IMG/VR virus record: IMGVR_UViG_3300021961_000033
Coordinates: 1-64,000 of that record
DNA from: an uncultured virus (IMG/VR IMGVR_UViG_3300021961_000033)
Lineage: Duplodnaviria; Heunggongvirae; Uroviricota; Caudoviricetes
Length of the DNA stretch: 64,000 nucleotides
Strand: one strand, 5' to 3'
How positions within the stretch are numbered: the stretch's first letter is position 1; each line of letters begins with the position of its first letter. The position numbers and the translations under genes were made by a program. Below are positions 27,958 to 38,371 of the stretch, in pieces. The notes beneath the pieces are model-generated. The model ran no database searches, was not told where the DNA came from, and saw only the letters and a list, made by a program, of their open reading frames with translations.

Positions 27958-29002
27958 TTTTCGCCCAGTTTTCGAATGCTACTAGGTTATTGATATACCA
28001 GGGCCTATTATAATCTGCTGGGTTACCTGATTCGTCTACATAACGAACTTTTCCTGGATAATTATCTATTTTTGCTTTTATAAAATCTGGATGGCAACAT
28101 ATATGTCGTTTGTGATTTGCTGAAGGAAAAGGAAATCCTGGCGTATGTATTCCGCCTACACTGCACGGGTTTGGCATTGTCCAGATTATATTAGTAACTC
28201 CAGCACCCGCAGTACTAATATATTTTTTCATTCCATTAAACAACACTATTTTTTCTGCTAGTGTATAGTTTTCCCCAAAAACTTCTGTATAGCCCAAACT
28301 TGATAAAATATCTACAACTTGATCTTCGTTTGTAAGACCGCGTTTTACAGTATTATCCTCGCCAATAATATCCTTTCGATTTTTTAAAGGATTTGCATGA
28401 GCACGTCTACTTAAATACACCCTTTCTATAGGTGGTAAATTTACTTTTTTATGTGCTAGTTGTATTAAATTATTAAGTTGGGTATATTGTTCTATACTGG
28501 GCCATATACGTTTACCAGTGCCGGGATCGTTACACATAGTATCACCAAAATATACTAATTCATATTGTGTATTTTCATCGGTTAGTTGGTAATCTATTCC
28601 TAACAATTCTAATAGTTCATAAACATAAGGAGGATGCTTTAGTGAACCTCCTTTGGGCGTTGGGCTCTGATTAAACATAAACTGCAAATCTGGTATACGT
28701 TCTTTTAACTCTAAATATCTACAAAGGCATCCAAAACTGTCCAGGAAAGTATGATAATAATTAAAAGTTGGTCTGGTATACCAATAAAAATATTTACCCT
28801 CTTTTTTATTAAACACTGGCTGGTGATCAGATATTTTTAAATGCTGAAGTGCTGCATTCTTATTCTTGCCCAACAATAGGGGATATATATCTTCGCCTTC
28901 TACAAATATTTCTTGTCCAGTTTTACCCAAGTCAAGTATTTGCACTTCCCTAAACAGCGCAATTCCCGTCTTGTCAAATCTTTCTCGTATATTTTGCATC
29001 AT
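27950..29002 (-). CDS. GT61-like glycosyltransferase (DUF563)
   Basis: NYYHTFLD, VYLSRR, RGLTNEDQV, E..TLAEKI.LF, STAGAGVTN. Confidence 0.78.
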   Translation of the reverse strand: MMQNIRERFDKTGIALFREVQILDLGKTGQEIFVEGEDIYPLLLGKNKNAALQHLKISDHQPVFNKKEGKYFYWYTRPTFNYYHTFLDSFGCLCRYLELKERIPDLQFMFNQSPTPKGGSLKHPPYVYELLELLGIDYQLTDENTQYELVYFGDTMCNDPGTGKRIWPSIEQYTQLNNLIQLAHKKVNLPPIERVYLSRRAHANPLKNRKDIIGEDNTVKRGLTNEDQVVDILSSLGYTEVFGENYTLAEKIVLFNGMKKYISTAGAGVTNIIWTMPNPCSVGGIHTPGFPFPSANHKRHICCHPDFIKAKIDNYPGKVRYVDESGNPADYNRPWYINNLVAFENWAKTI

Positions 29003-29682
29003 GAACTATAAAGGTTAATAACTTCTTTTTTCCAGATGTGATCGTATTCACAATCACGCATGTTTTCGAACCAGGGCCCACCTTCTGTATAGTGTAGGAC
29101 TTTGGGAGTACCATCAGTGCCTTCCTGATAGTGTCCTACTAACCAGTTCCATTCAGGGCCCAGTTCTCCTATTTCACTATCCGAACACCATTCAAAACGA
29201 TGCAAGTATGCACCTGTTTTACTATTAACCGTTTCTAAATCTAATCCCTTACAACTAGGATGCTCGCAGTTAAATATCATCATACTGCTCCAGTTCTTGC
29301 GAGGGTAGGGCAACTGTAACTGGCCGTCCATCTTTATACCTTCAGGAGGGTTGTAGTCATGTTTAACTACATACACTGCTTTAGACGGATCCAACCCTTT
29401 AATTAACTCACACGCATCTGTAAGCCACACCATGTCACTGTCACAAAACACTGCCCATCCAGCGTACTCGTTTAGGTAGGGTACTAAAAATCTTGTAAAG
29501 GTAAATTCAGTACTGGCAAGTTTGTCTATATCTCTCCAGTAGACTTTTTGTTCTCTTAATTCATGCTGTTTAAGTGGAATAACATTTACTTTTTTACGAA
29601 ATGTTCTTCTTAAGATACTATGCTCACATACCTGGTAAGCAATGTCTTCTCTGCTATCCCAGCCAACATATATATTGAACAT
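28999..29682 (-). CDS. GT-A glycosyltransferase (GT8-like)
   Basis: YVGWDSRED, STEFTFTRFLVP, FCDSDM, PRKNWSS, LHYTEGGPW. Confidence 0.85.
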   Translation of the reverse strand: MFNIYVGWDSREDIAYQVCEHSILRRTFRKKVNVIPLKQHELREQKVYWRDIDKLASTEFTFTRFLVPYLNEYAGWAVFCDSDMVWLTDACELIKGLDPSKAVYVVKHDYNPPEGIKMDGQLQLPYPRKNWSSMMIFNCEHPSCKGLDLETVNSKTGAYLHRFEWCSDSEIGELGPEWNWLVGHYQEGTDGTPKVLHYTEGGPWFENMRDCEYDHIWKKEVINLYSS

Positions 29683-29732
29683 TTTTGCGAATTACCTTAT
29701 AATATACACATATATTTATAAGGACAAATCTT

Positions 29733-30497
29733 ATGAAAATAGTTTTAGCAACTGGTGGATTCGATCCCATACATTCTGGCCATATTAGTTATTTTAAAGC
29801 GGCAAGACAGTTAGGCGATCGCCTAATTATAGGTGTTAACAGTGACGCATGGTTAGCAAGAAAAAAAGGCAGAAGTTTTATGCCCTGGCAAGAGCGTTCC
29901 ACCATTGTTGAAAGTTTAAGTGTGGTTGACGAAATTGTTGCCTTTCCTGACGATGATAACTCAGCTATTGGGGCAATACAGCGTGTAAAGGATAAATACC
30001 CTGACGCACAAATTGTATTTGTTAACGGTGGTGATAGGACTGCTGACAACATCCCAGAAATGGTGTTCGATGATGTTGAGTTTGTATTTGGTGTAGGCGG
30101 CGAGAATAAAGCAAATAGTTCAAGTTGGATTTTAGAAGAGTGGAAAGCTCCTAAAACCCAGAGACAATGGGGATATTATCGAGTAGTGCACGAGTATGGC
30201 AGTCATACAAAGTTGAAAGAACTGGCAGTAGATCCAGGCAGCAAACTATCAATGCAAAAGCACCAAGAGCGATCTGAACACTGGTTTGTAGCAGAAGGTA
30301 CTGCTACAGTTTATACAATTAATACAAGTAGTGATTACGAACTGTTTGGAGTTTATAATAAACACCAAAACCTTCATATACCTGTTGGCATGTGGCATCA
30401 GCTCGCCAATGAAACAGATAAACCTCTTAAGCTGGTTGAAATACAATATGGCACCAATTGTGTTGAAGAAGATATAGAACGTTTACCATTAGAATAA
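29733..30497 (+). CDS. Cytidylyltransferase/adenylyltransferase fused to a mannose-6-P isomerase-type cupin
   Basis: TGGFDPIHSGH (HxGH), NGGDR, RQWG, LSMQKH..RSEHW, EIQYG..EEDIER. Confidence 0.88.
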   Translation: MKIVLATGGFDPIHSGHISYFKAARQLGDRLIIGVNSDAWLARKKGRSFMPWQERSTIVESLSVVDEIVAFPDDDNSAIGAIQRVKDKYPDAQIVFVNGGDRTADNIPEMVFDDVEFVFGVGGENKANSSSWILEEWKAPKTQRQWGYYRVVHEYGSHTKLKELAVDPGSKLSMQKHQERSEHWFVAEGTATVYTINTSSDYELFGVYNKHQNLHIPVGMWHQLANETDKPLKLVEIQYGTNCVEEDIERLPLE

Positions 30498-30529
30498 ATA
30501 TTTAATCGACTAACAGAAAGGAATAGAAT

Positions 30530-30706
30530 ATGTCTAGTCATGACGATATTGTTGCTCAATTTGAAGCATATGTAAAAGAAAGCGAAGCATTCGAAACCAA
30601 AGGTGTAAAGGCTGCGGCTGCTCGTGCTCGTAAAGCACTTGGCGAACTAGGTAAACTAGCAAAAGCTCGCCGTGCTGAAATTCAGGACAAAAAGAACGCA
30701 ATGTAA
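30530..30706 (+). CDS. Histone H1-like (Hc1-type) small DNA-binding protein
   Basis: Not in the track: 58 aa, KGVKAAAARARKALGELGKLAKARRAEIQ; GAAAGGAA RBS; TAAATA at 30495. Confidence 0.78.
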   Translation: MSSHDDIVAQFEAYVKESEAFETKGVKAAAARARKALGELGKLAKARRAEIQDKKNAM

Positions 30707-31080
30707 TGTTGCAAGGTAAAGTATGGGGTACTACAGAGAGTTTGTTAGTTACCCCGATGATCGAACTACATCGTATAAATGTTGAGCCACACATGAAGTG
30801 TAGCGAACACAAACATGAGTTTAAATGGAATGCATTTTATTGTGTTAGTGGAAGCATGCAAATTCATGTAAGGAAAAATGCTTACGATTTAACAGACATT
30901 ACAGAAATAACCGCAGGTGAATTTACCACTGTTGCGCCCAATGAATACCATTGGTTTGAAACTGGCACTGAATTTGCACAGGTTTTAGAAATCTATTATG
31001 TAGAGCCCATAAGCACTGACATTGTTAGACGCACTGTTGGTGGGCCTGCTACACAAAAACAAACAATTATGGAAGCATGA
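30706..31080 (+). CDS. Cupin (sugar isomerase-like)
   Basis: GKVWG, CSEHKH..KWNAF, YHWF. Confidence 0.75.
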   Translation: MLQGKVWGTTESLLVTPMIELHRINVEPHMKCSEHKHEFKWNAFYCVSGSMQIHVRKNAYDLTDITEITAGEFTTVAPNEYHWFETGTEFAQVLEIYYVEPISTDIVRRTVGGPATQKQTIMEA

Positions 31081-31835
31081 TTGATATTGTTTGTGTCTGT
31101 GTTGGGGACAAATATCCCCCTGAAATATATGTAGGGCAGCTATACATCGCCGTAAAACGCTTTGTATCAAAGCCCTACATTTTTCATATTATAACAGACA
31201 AACACCATCCTTTTTACCCGACAATAGACGCTCGAGTACATATTGTGCCAGACTGGCCTGAAGCCAATGGCATGAGGAAATACTGGTGGTATAAAATACA
31301 AATGTTTAATCCAGCACACGGATTTAAAGATGTCTTTTACATGGATCTAGACGTTGTGCTTGTAAAAAATATAGACAAGTTCTTTGACTATCAACCTGAT
31401 AAGTTTGGTATATGTCAGGACTTTAATAGTCGCTGGATACCTAACTATAGTGTTAGCAATAGCAGCATTATGCGATACTATGCACCAGACTATACTGATA
31501 TCTATACTAATTTTATACAGGATATACCTGGATATATAAAAAGGTTTTTAGGCGACCAGGACTATATTACCAATTACTTTAAAGATAGATCTGACCTAGT
31601 ATGGTGGCCTAGGACCTGGGCGCAGAGTTTCAAGTGGGATGTTTTTAGGGGCGGTTTAATACAAAGTGGCACTGGATTAGATGAGCATGGCAAATGGCCT
31701 GCTGCTAAAAACAAATACTGTGATCCTGAACAACCCTGGGTAATAGATAAACAGTGTAGCATCGTTGTCTTCCATGGGCAGCCAGACCCTTATGATACTG
31801 ACTTTGGCAAGCAGCATCTACTCCCAAATGTTTAG
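31077..31835 (+). CDS. GT-A glycosyltransferase
   Basis: GDKY, WWYKIQMF, YMDLDVV, NSSIM, GDQDYI, VFHG.PDP. Confidence 0.85.
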   Translation: MIDIVCVCVGDKYPPEIYVGQLYIAVKRFVSKPYIFHIITDKHHPFYPTIDARVHIVPDWPEANGMRKYWWYKIQMFNPAHGFKDVFYMDLDVVLVKNIDKFFDYQPDKFGICQDFNSRWIPNYSVSNSSIMRYYAPDYTDIYTNFIQDIPGYIKRFLGDQDYITNYFKDRSDLVWWPRTWAQSFKWDVFRGGLIQSGTGLDEHGKWPAAKNKYCDPEQPWVIDKQCSIVVFHGQPDPYDTDFGKQHLLPNV

Positions 31836-32807
31836 TAACTGTGCTCTAAAGTAAGCAAGTCTATCTGGCCCAAATCTATTAAAGAAATAATCTCTATTAT
31901 AATCTATAACACTCTGATGATAATCTACTAGACCTTGCAACAGTTGCGGTTTTATTAGTGTCAGATAATTTCCATTTGACTCTAGCATTGCATCTATTCT
32001 ATGTGTATTTTGTGCATATTGATATTCTTCATCAAACATGCAGTCCCAGGTTTTAAATCCGAAACTTTTTATGTCATCTAAACAGCTCTGGTGCCCAGCA
32101 ACTAAAAAGGGATGGCCTGCTACAATAGCATTAAAAGTCTTTTCACTTATTATACCCCAGCGTTCCTCATATTGGCTTTCGGATATAATACTAAACATAC
32201 TAGTATTAAAGTTTTGTTTCAAACTTAACAGGTTGCTCAAATTATCATAGGTATTGTTATAGGTTTTGTAATCTAATCCTGGATATTTTAATTCATGGCC
32301 GTGTGTTTGTAAACTAATATTGCCTCTGCTTAGTGACATTAGTTTACTGTATAAGATCTTTCTATGTGGTTTAGATATCCTATTCATACACAGGAAATTA
32401 TACTGAAAGTCCTTGTGTTTTTTATCAAACGCTTCACGTAAAACCTCTTCGCCATTCTTATAGGACTGCCAAGTTTCATACTGATGTGTGCTAAATTCAA
32501 CAAGATGAAATTCTCCATCATACTCATCTGCAAGACGCAGTGGCCAGACTACAACTATTATTTTATTCATATCAGCCCAGGGCTTGTAAAAACTGTGTAT
32601 GCGAGTTAATTCATTTGGAATGCCATCTGGACCCATAGTAAGCATGTCCTGCAGATTAAGAACTAATTTAAAATCAGGTTCATTAAATCTACATTCTGAA
32701 CGTCCTGGCATTTCTACATCCCAGCCCTGTGGCGTTATAGGATACTTTAGAGCAGCATCAACAATTATGCTATTGGGAAATATTTGTCTGACGGTTTGTA
32801 TAAACAT
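31818..32807 (-). CDS. Glycosyltransferase-like (GT10-type SEK motif) protein
   Basis: Likely start MFIQTV at 32807; LCMNR..KPHR, SES...ISEKTFNAI.AGHPF, GFKT. Confidence 0.5.
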   Translation of the reverse strand: MFIQTVRQIFPNSIIVDAALKYPITPQGWDVEMPGRSECRFNEPDFKLVLNLQDMLTMGPDGIPNELTRIHSFYKPWADMNKIIVVVWPLRLADEYDGEFHLVEFSTHQYETWQSYKNGEEVLREAFDKKHKDFQYNFLCMNRISKPHRKILYSKLMSLSRGNISLQTHGHELKYPGLDYKTYNNTYDNLSNLLSLKQNFNTSMFSIISESQYEERWGIISEKTFNAIVAGHPFLVAGHQSCLDDIKSFGFKTWDCMFDEEYQYAQNTHRIDAMLESNGNYLTLIKPQLLQGLVDYHQSVIDYNRDYFFNRFGPDRLAYFRAQLLNIWE

Positions 32808-32811
32808 TGTA

Positions 32812-33678
32812 TTATGTCTTTTTAATTTTAACTGATGCCATAAAGTCCTTGAGCCACTGTGGTGCATTTTCATCACCACCTTGATCGACCCATTTTCTAT
32901 TTTCTTCTTCTCGTTTAACCATTATTGGTCTTACAACATTAAAGTCGTCACTTATTGTATATCCTAAACGTCTAAAATCTTCTACAAAATATTCGTGTAT
33001 AGCATCTTTAAGTTTTAAATTTGCTTTTCTACTGTACTGTTTAACTTTACTTCCGCCATAGGCTGTGCCCAGGTATTCAAAAATTTTCTGACTTTCTATT
33101 TTGAAACACTTAACATTTGCCTGAGGTATACCAGCAATCCAATCAACTTGTCGTTCAAACGCCCAGGTAAAATGATTTGGCTCTGGTTCTGCTCTGTACC
33201 AGGTATTATAAAAGTCTCGTCGCTTTCCCAAATTTTTTAAAAAATTAACAAATCCTGTTATTTCTAAGGATTCCAAAGCATCAAGTCTATCTGATAAAAA
33301 CTGTCTTTCCCCTTCATTAAGTTCTACTTTTCCTTGTTCAGCATGTACGAGTTTACGTCTGTCTATATCCTTAAGGAAATTATAGGCACTCATAAATCTT
33401 CCAATAGGATTTCTTACACTTACCAAAAAGTTATTTGTTTCTAAATCTATAAGTTTGCCTATTTCTGCTGATTTACTATGGTTACCAGTTTCTATTGTTT
33501 CCAGTGGTATTTTTGTTTCAAGATGTTTTAAAATTAATACATCTCTAACACTAGTACCTCCACATTTAGGAATATGTATAAAGTATTCTTTGCTTTCAGG
33601 AAGATACAAAACCTGAGTTTTTACTTTCATTAGCGCAGGGTTAGATTTTATTATTTCGTTTACTTGTGGGTGTGCCAT
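32812..33678 (-). CDS. Sulfotransferase family 2 protein
   Basis: FIHIPKCGGTS (5'-PSB loop), VRNPIGRFMSAY (3'-PB), EDF..LGY. Confidence 0.85.
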   Translation of the reverse strand: MAHPQVNEIIKSNPALMKVKTQVLYLPESKEYFIHIPKCGGTSVRDVLILKHLETKIPLETIETGNHSKSAEIGKLIDLETNNFLVSVRNPIGRFMSAYNFLKDIDRRKLVHAEQGKVELNEGERQFLSDRLDALESLEITGFVNFLKNLGKRRDFYNTWYRAEPEPNHFTWAFERQVDWIAGIPQANVKCFKIESQKIFEYLGTAYGGSKVKQYSRKANLKLKDAIHEYFVEDFRRLGYTISDDFNVVRPIMVKREEENRKWVDQGGDENAPQWLKDFMASVKIKKT

Positions 33679-34595
33679 TAGTCTACTGGCTCCTGATGCT
33701 CGAGTATATGCTGCCACATTTTACCTGACACTATTTCCTTATGTTTATATTGGCAATTGGCTAGCCAATGTAACAGTTTTGCTCTGTTAGGCTCATTGTC
33801 GAATATTTCACTGTCTGTACCTTTATACAAATCTTCTAAGTTAAAACTTATCGGATAAACACTGCAATGTTTGTTTGTTATAACTGGAATACCAAGCATA
33901 GTTGCCTGTAATGCCACACTACTATTATAAGCAATTACTATATTACTCCTAGCCAGATCATATTCTAGTGGTACTTGACTTTCATCTTTGTGTTTTTCTA
34001 ATCTTAATAGATTGCCTGCTTTATCTACAATAGGCTCATTAGGCTTAACTCTTACTTTAATATTTTGATGTTGCTCTGGTGGTAAAATTTCTTTAAGTTT
34101 ATCTACTATTTTTGTAGCCCAGTCGCCAGTGTTAAAATACCATTGCACTGCATGAGTTGGCGGTAAAACTAGGATATTATCGCCTCTCTGTTCTCTTGTT
34201 CGCCATGGATGCACTGGATTGGTTTCTGCAAAAAAGATTTTCCAGCGATCTTTGCTTATGTCTACCTCGGGCAAATAATTCATAGTATGTCTATTTTTAC
34301 TTACTCTTAGCCAACACTTGCCATCGTATCCTGGATTAAAATAACTATGGTCTACATAGTATCTGTCTATGCCTAATGATGCTGCTCTTTGCATTGCAAG
34401 TCCAGTGCCTCTTAGTATTCCTAATACAGCAATAGCATCTGTTGCTCTGGGTATACCTTTGCGTAAAAATTCTTCAATACCGTGATATTCAGCAATCCAA
34501 TTAGTGCCAGAATAATTTACGCCAGCAAAAAAGTCGCTCATTATTTGACTTGTTTTTGGTCTTCCTGTTCCATAAACTACTATTTTTCTTTGCAT
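33678..34595 (-). CDS. Capsule-biosynthesis (KpsC/KpsS-like) GT-B protein
   Basis: YVDHSY, ILVLPP, VRVKP, YNSSVALQATMLGIPV. Confidence 0.65.
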   Translation of the reverse strand: MQRKIVVYGTGRPKTSQIMSDFFAGVNYSGTNWIAEYHGIEEFLRKGIPRATDAIAVLGILRGTGLAMQRAASLGIDRYYVDHSYFNPGYDGKCWLRVSKNRHTMNYLPEVDISKDRWKIFFAETNPVHPWRTREQRGDNILVLPPTHAVQWYFNTGDWATKIVDKLKEILPPEQHQNIKVRVKPNEPIVDKAGNLLRLEKHKDESQVPLEYDLARSNIVIAYNSSVALQATMLGIPVITNKHCSVYPISFNLEDLYKGTDSEIFDNEPNRAKLLHWLANCQYKHKEIVSGKMWQHILEHQEPVD

Positions 34596-35365
34596 TCTAG
34601 AATCCCGTAGGCCAATCCTGATCTTATTTCTTGTTGAGTAAACTGACAGTAAGCAAGGTGATTAAACCATGATCTCGTGTTAGTCCGTTTAGGCTGTTCT
34701 ATATTACTTAGTAGTGTTTCAGATACTGGTGAAGCAAAACTTTTTACATCACAAAATACAGGCACACCTTCGCTTATTGCTTCTACTGCACACATACTAA
34801 CGCTGGTAACTACAGCCCAAGCATCCTGTATGTCTTCTTTAAAACTATTAATACCTGCAATTTGTGCTGCTACTGGGCCACTAGTTTTGCCTGCTCTAGG
34901 TTTGGGTCTTACTCTAATTGGTCTGTCAGTATACTTTTGTAATTCTGCTATTACACTGGCAGTCCATTCCTTTTCCCCCTGCCCAGTACAATAGCGTGTT
35001 ATGGTGTCACTACTTGGGCAAACAACTATCTCAGACCCACTGTTGCGCCAGGGTTTAACTTTTAAGTTCCATTGATTAAATCTATCATCGGGTCTATTTA
35101 CTATTTGTGTTTCGTGGATTGAGTTTTTACTAACACGCCAATAAAATACATCAGCACCAGGCCGCCAGCGTCCCCAGTAGGGCATATCCCAAAAGTACCA
35201 GTCAGCACCTTGTGCTTGTAAATAACCAATTTGTTTTTGGTTGTCGTTTATAAATCCCCAAAAGTGATGTCCATCACCAGCCCAGCCCACTGCTAGACTG
35301 TCCATTACCCAATTACACTTACTATTGAGACTTTGTTTGTTATAGTATAGAGATGGCAAAGTCAT
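34580..35365 (-). CDS. Capsule-biosynthesis (KpsC/KpsS-like) GT-B protein
   Basis: FWDMPY, VVCPSS, RVRPKP, VTSVSMCAVEAISEGVPV, LAYCQF..EI. Confidence 0.65.
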   Translation of the reverse strand: MTLPSLYYNKQSLNSKCNWVMDSLAVGWAGDGHHFWGFINDNQKQIGYLQAQGADWYFWDMPYWGRWRPGADVFYWRVSKNSIHETQIVNRPDDRFNQWNLKVKPWRNSGSEIVVCPSSDTITRYCTGQGEKEWTASVIAELQKYTDRPIRVRPKPRAGKTSGPVAAQIAGINSFKEDIQDAWAVVTSVSMCAVEAISEGVPVFCDVKSFASPVSETLLSNIEQPKRTNTRSWFNHLAYCQFTQQEIRSGLAYGILECKEK

Positions 35366-35936
35366 ACTCTTCTAGATGTTCTAGATCTGGCTTTTTTAAC
35401 CCATGCTTGTGTGCTATTGCTTTTTCCCATTCTCTGGGATAAAAAAATTCACTAGGAGAAAATGTAATTTTTAAAGTACGCTGTACTGGGCGTAAACTGC
35501 AAACATCAATAATACGCAAATCTGTAAAGTCAGGATTAACTAGTACATTGGTGCCAGTTCTGTCATCAAAATACCAATGAGTGTCAGCAATAAAGTCTTG
35601 ATGGGCGTTTATTACTCTTTTATAATAAGCAAGGATATTTTTTGGATCTTTAAAATAATCATTATACTCTTTTACCCGCAAGTCTTCATAAAAGTCGCAA
35701 CTACCTCTTATTATTACAGGCTGGAAATCTTCCAGATATTCTGTTAGTATCCATTCTCCACATTCGTATATAGGTATAATGTCATTTTGTTTTTGCGAAT
35801 AATCTAGTACTTGTTGAGGAAGTACTAGCCCGTCAACATTGTAAACTGCAAAGTAAGTTTTATCAGAGTCCTCAAGTATTTGGTAACGCCTGTCGCCTGG
35901 CTTATTCCAGTACTGGAGTTCCTTTATAACTTTCAT
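35340..35936 (-). CDS. Kinase-like (APH/LPS-kinase fold) protein
   Basis: LTEYL, D-x4-N catalytic-loop pattern (DRTGTN), RIID. Confidence 0.45.
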   Translation of the reverse strand: MKVIKELQYWNKPGDRRYQILEDSDKTYFAVYNVDGLVLPQQVLDYSQKQNDIIPIYECGEWILTEYLEDFQPVIIRGSCDFYEDLRVKEYNDYFKDPKNILAYYKRVINAHQDFIADTHWYFDDRTGTNVLVNPDFTDLRIIDVCSLRPVQRTLKITFSPSEFFYPREWEKAIAHKHGLKKPDLEHLEEYDFAISIL

Positions 35937-36130
35937 ACCTTGGCCCTGATGTCCTCTATGCTAGATGCAATGGCATCATGCAGAGCATTGTATGTGTCAT
36001 GATCAATATCAAATCTTAAGTTTTTTAAATGAACATGTACCATTGCATTGCTGTTGTCCTCTACAGTAAGAGTTTCATAACCTGGATCTTGTTCAACGTC
36101 GCCTATAATTTTTTTAACAATATGTCCCAT
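35933..36130 (-). CDS. Small hypothetical protein
   Basis: VEDN...VHVH..NLR. Confidence 0.65.
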   Translation of the reverse strand: MGHIVKKIIGDVEQDPGYETLTVEDNSNAMVHVHLKNLRFDIDHDTYNALHDAIASSIEDIRAKV

Positions 36131-36345
36131 TATAGTCTTCCTGCTTTTAGGATTTTGTCTGCAAACTCTACATATTCAGAATATGTAAAATGTAATCTTA
36201 CTAGCCATTTTTTAGGACTGCGTTGGCCAAAATGAATGTGTATAGGAAATTCGTCCCCCACATTATCCTCTATATGAAACTGACTATTACCCGGAACAGG
36301 AAAATTACATTCCCCTCTACCCAAACTTTTAACTACTAGTCCCAT
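36130..36345 (-). CDS. Small hypothetical protein, similar to its neighbour
   Basis: IEDN...IHIH...VRL. Confidence 0.65.
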   Translation of the reverse strand: MGLVVKSLGRGECNFPVPGNSQFHIEDNVGDEFPIHIHFGQRSPKKWLVRLHFTYSEYVEFADKILKAGRL

Positions 36346-36962
36346 TTTATATCACCATATTTTTCAGCAACAAGCAATTCATAAGTTTTATCAGCGTCTG
36401 GCAAAACTTCGCCTATAGTGTTTATTGCTGTTTGTTTATCTACTGTATTTAATAGTTCCTGAATTCGTGTCTTATGTTTTTCTTTCCAAGCACCCTGGTT
36501 GTCTAGTGCACCCCTGCATATTGTAAGAGCAATTTCGTCTTCTGGACTGATTAAATAGTAAAAGTTTTCCAGTCTGCGTCTGCTTAAAACATTATCATAA
36601 TAGCGTTTACTAACAGTCCAATTTGTAGTGTAATCTTCTAGAGGAGACTTAAAATATAAACTGTTGTAAAAATCCACTCTAAATGCCTGATGCTTGTTGG
36701 GTATCCTAGGATCTCGTGGTGCTGTAGTAAAATGTGGCCAGTATTGCATATCACACCATTCTGCATAACCATAATTTTGATGTGTGCCTGGCTTTAAGTA
36801 TTCCCTAGCAATCTTACAAAACTGTTCATACTGATCTGGTCTGACAGTTAAATCAACATCTGTATCAGGAAGGTCAGGCAGTCTTAAAAATCCTCTGAAT
36901 ATTACATAGTCAAAGTCTGCTACTGCTTGAATAAAATCTTTAAACTGTTGTTGATGTGTCAT
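36336..36962 (-). CDS. Nucleotidyltransferase-like (Pol-beta/LicD-like) protein
   Basis: YVIFRG..LP..DTDVDL, RVD. Confidence 0.55.
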   Translation of the reverse strand: MTHQQQFKDFIQAVADFDYVIFRGFLRLPDLPDTDVDLTVRPDQYEQFCKIAREYLKPGTHQNYGYAEWCDMQYWPHFTTAPRDPRIPNKHQAFRVDFYNSLYFKSPLEDYTTNWTVSKRYYDNVLSRRRLENFYYLISPEDEIALTICRGALDNQGAWKEKHKTRIQELLNTVDKQTAINTIGEVLPDADKTYELLVAEKYGDIKWD

Positions 36963-37564
36963 AACTCTCTTATTAGTTTAACTACGCTGTTGTTATTTAC
37001 AAATCTTTCTTCCATGTTTTTTTGTAAACATATCCACCATCCTACATGCCCAGGACATAAATCTATATCGTATGGATTCCGCATACGCTCCCTGCGATGC
37101 ATAATAACAAAGTCACTGGCAAATCTATCTTTTAGTCCTTGCTCTACACCTTGCCCGCTGCCATACCCGTAAAGTAGATCCTGCTCATATGCTGCTTGAA
37201 CATCTGCCTGCCAATCGTGCTCGTATAAAACTACATCAGGCCTTACACGAATAATCATGTCATATTCTTCAGGTACTTTGGCTAGACAATGCCAGTGATT
37301 ATACAATTGGTATACACGATCGTGTTGTGTTCTTCCACCATCAAACTTGCGGGAGAACCAAGTCTTGCTAGGATTTCCGTCTGGTAAAGACAGAATATAG
37401 GTATTAAATGCCCGTAAAAAACTTTCTAAATCGGGCAAATCAGGCTGTGGCGTTTCTGCCCAAGTGTGAGTAAACTGATCATAAGGCAAATATTTGCCTA
37501 TACTTTCCAGAACTAATTGTTCGCTGCCTCTATTTTCCCCACTTATGCAGACTGCTATTTTCAT
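36959..37564 (-). CDS. Glycosyltransferase-like protein
   Basis: MKIAVCISG..R, HTW, YDMIIRVRPD. Confidence 0.55.
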   Translation of the reverse strand: MKIAVCISGENRGSEQLVLESIGKYLPYDQFTHTWAETPQPDLPDLESFLRAFNTYILSLPDGNPSKTWFSRKFDGGRTQHDRVYQLYNHWHCLAKVPEEYDMIIRVRPDVVLYEHDWQADVQAAYEQDLLYGYGSGQGVEQGLKDRFASDFVIMHRRERMRNPYDIDLCPGHVGWWICLQKNMEERFVNNNSVVKLIREL

Positions 37565-37567
37565 TTT

Positions 37568-38371
37568 TTAATAAGCCGCACTAGTATGATTGCCCTGTCT
37601 AGTGTCTATGTTAGCATCACTATATTCTGATCTTAATTCAGCGACAACATCATTAACATATCGACCCTGCATAGGAATCTGGAAAGGTTGATCCTTAAGT
37701 TTCCTATATGCTGCTACTAAACTTATATTTTGTGCTCGGCTATCACGCTGATGTAGTTCATCATATGCTCGTTCCAAATCGCTTACAGGGGCTCTTGGTT
37801 TCTTTTGTTCAAAGTTTGCCCAGCCATCCATTGTGGTGGGCATTTCTATATAGCGTCCTGTGTTTTGTGCTAACCATAAAAACTGCCATTCATATCCATT
37901 AGCCGCTGCTATATCTCTAAATAAAGCAGGATGATAATTATAAAAGCCATGATTAATCCAAGGAGCAAAGGGCAGTACACATAACATTACTCCGCCAACC
38001 CTGCATAGATTGTGCATGTTTTCAAACACTGTACGCTGATCAAATATATGCTCTCCTGTACCATTATTGGTCACTAGATCAAATTGTTTAATGTAATTGT
38101 ATTTGTCCCGGAGAATAAAGTTTAAGTCCATGGCTACACTTCGCAACTCTGTGTTAATGTCTATAGCCAAATACTCTGGGAAGCCAATGTCTTCAAAGTA
38201 TTCCCAAACATAATTTACAGGCTTGCGTATAGGTTTACCTGCCCGCTCACTGCACTGTTGCACCCAACTCTCTGTGTAACGGAAACGTTGGTTACCCCAC
38301 TCTACTACAGTGCCTGATGTTGTTTTGCTTATCTCAGCACAGGCTAACTGCATAATATTGTTGAATGCCAT
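37568..38371 (-). CDS. Class I SAM-dependent methyltransferase-like protein
   Basis: VEWGNQ, IDIN, DLN, FDLVTNNGTGEHIFD, HGFYNY. Confidence 0.75.
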   Translation of the reverse strand: MAFNNIMQLACAEISKTTSGTVVEWGNQRFRYTESWVQQCSERAGKPIRKPVNYVWEYFEDIGFPEYLAIDINTELRSVAMDLNFILRDKYNYIKQFDLVTNNGTGEHIFDQRTVFENMHNLCRVGGVMLCVLPFAPWINHGFYNYHPALFRDIAAANGYEWQFLWLAQNTGRYIEMPTTMDGWANFEQKKPRAPVSDLERAYDELHQRDSRAQNISLVAAYRKLKDQPFQIPMQGRYVNDVVAELRSEYSDANIDTRQGNHTSAAY

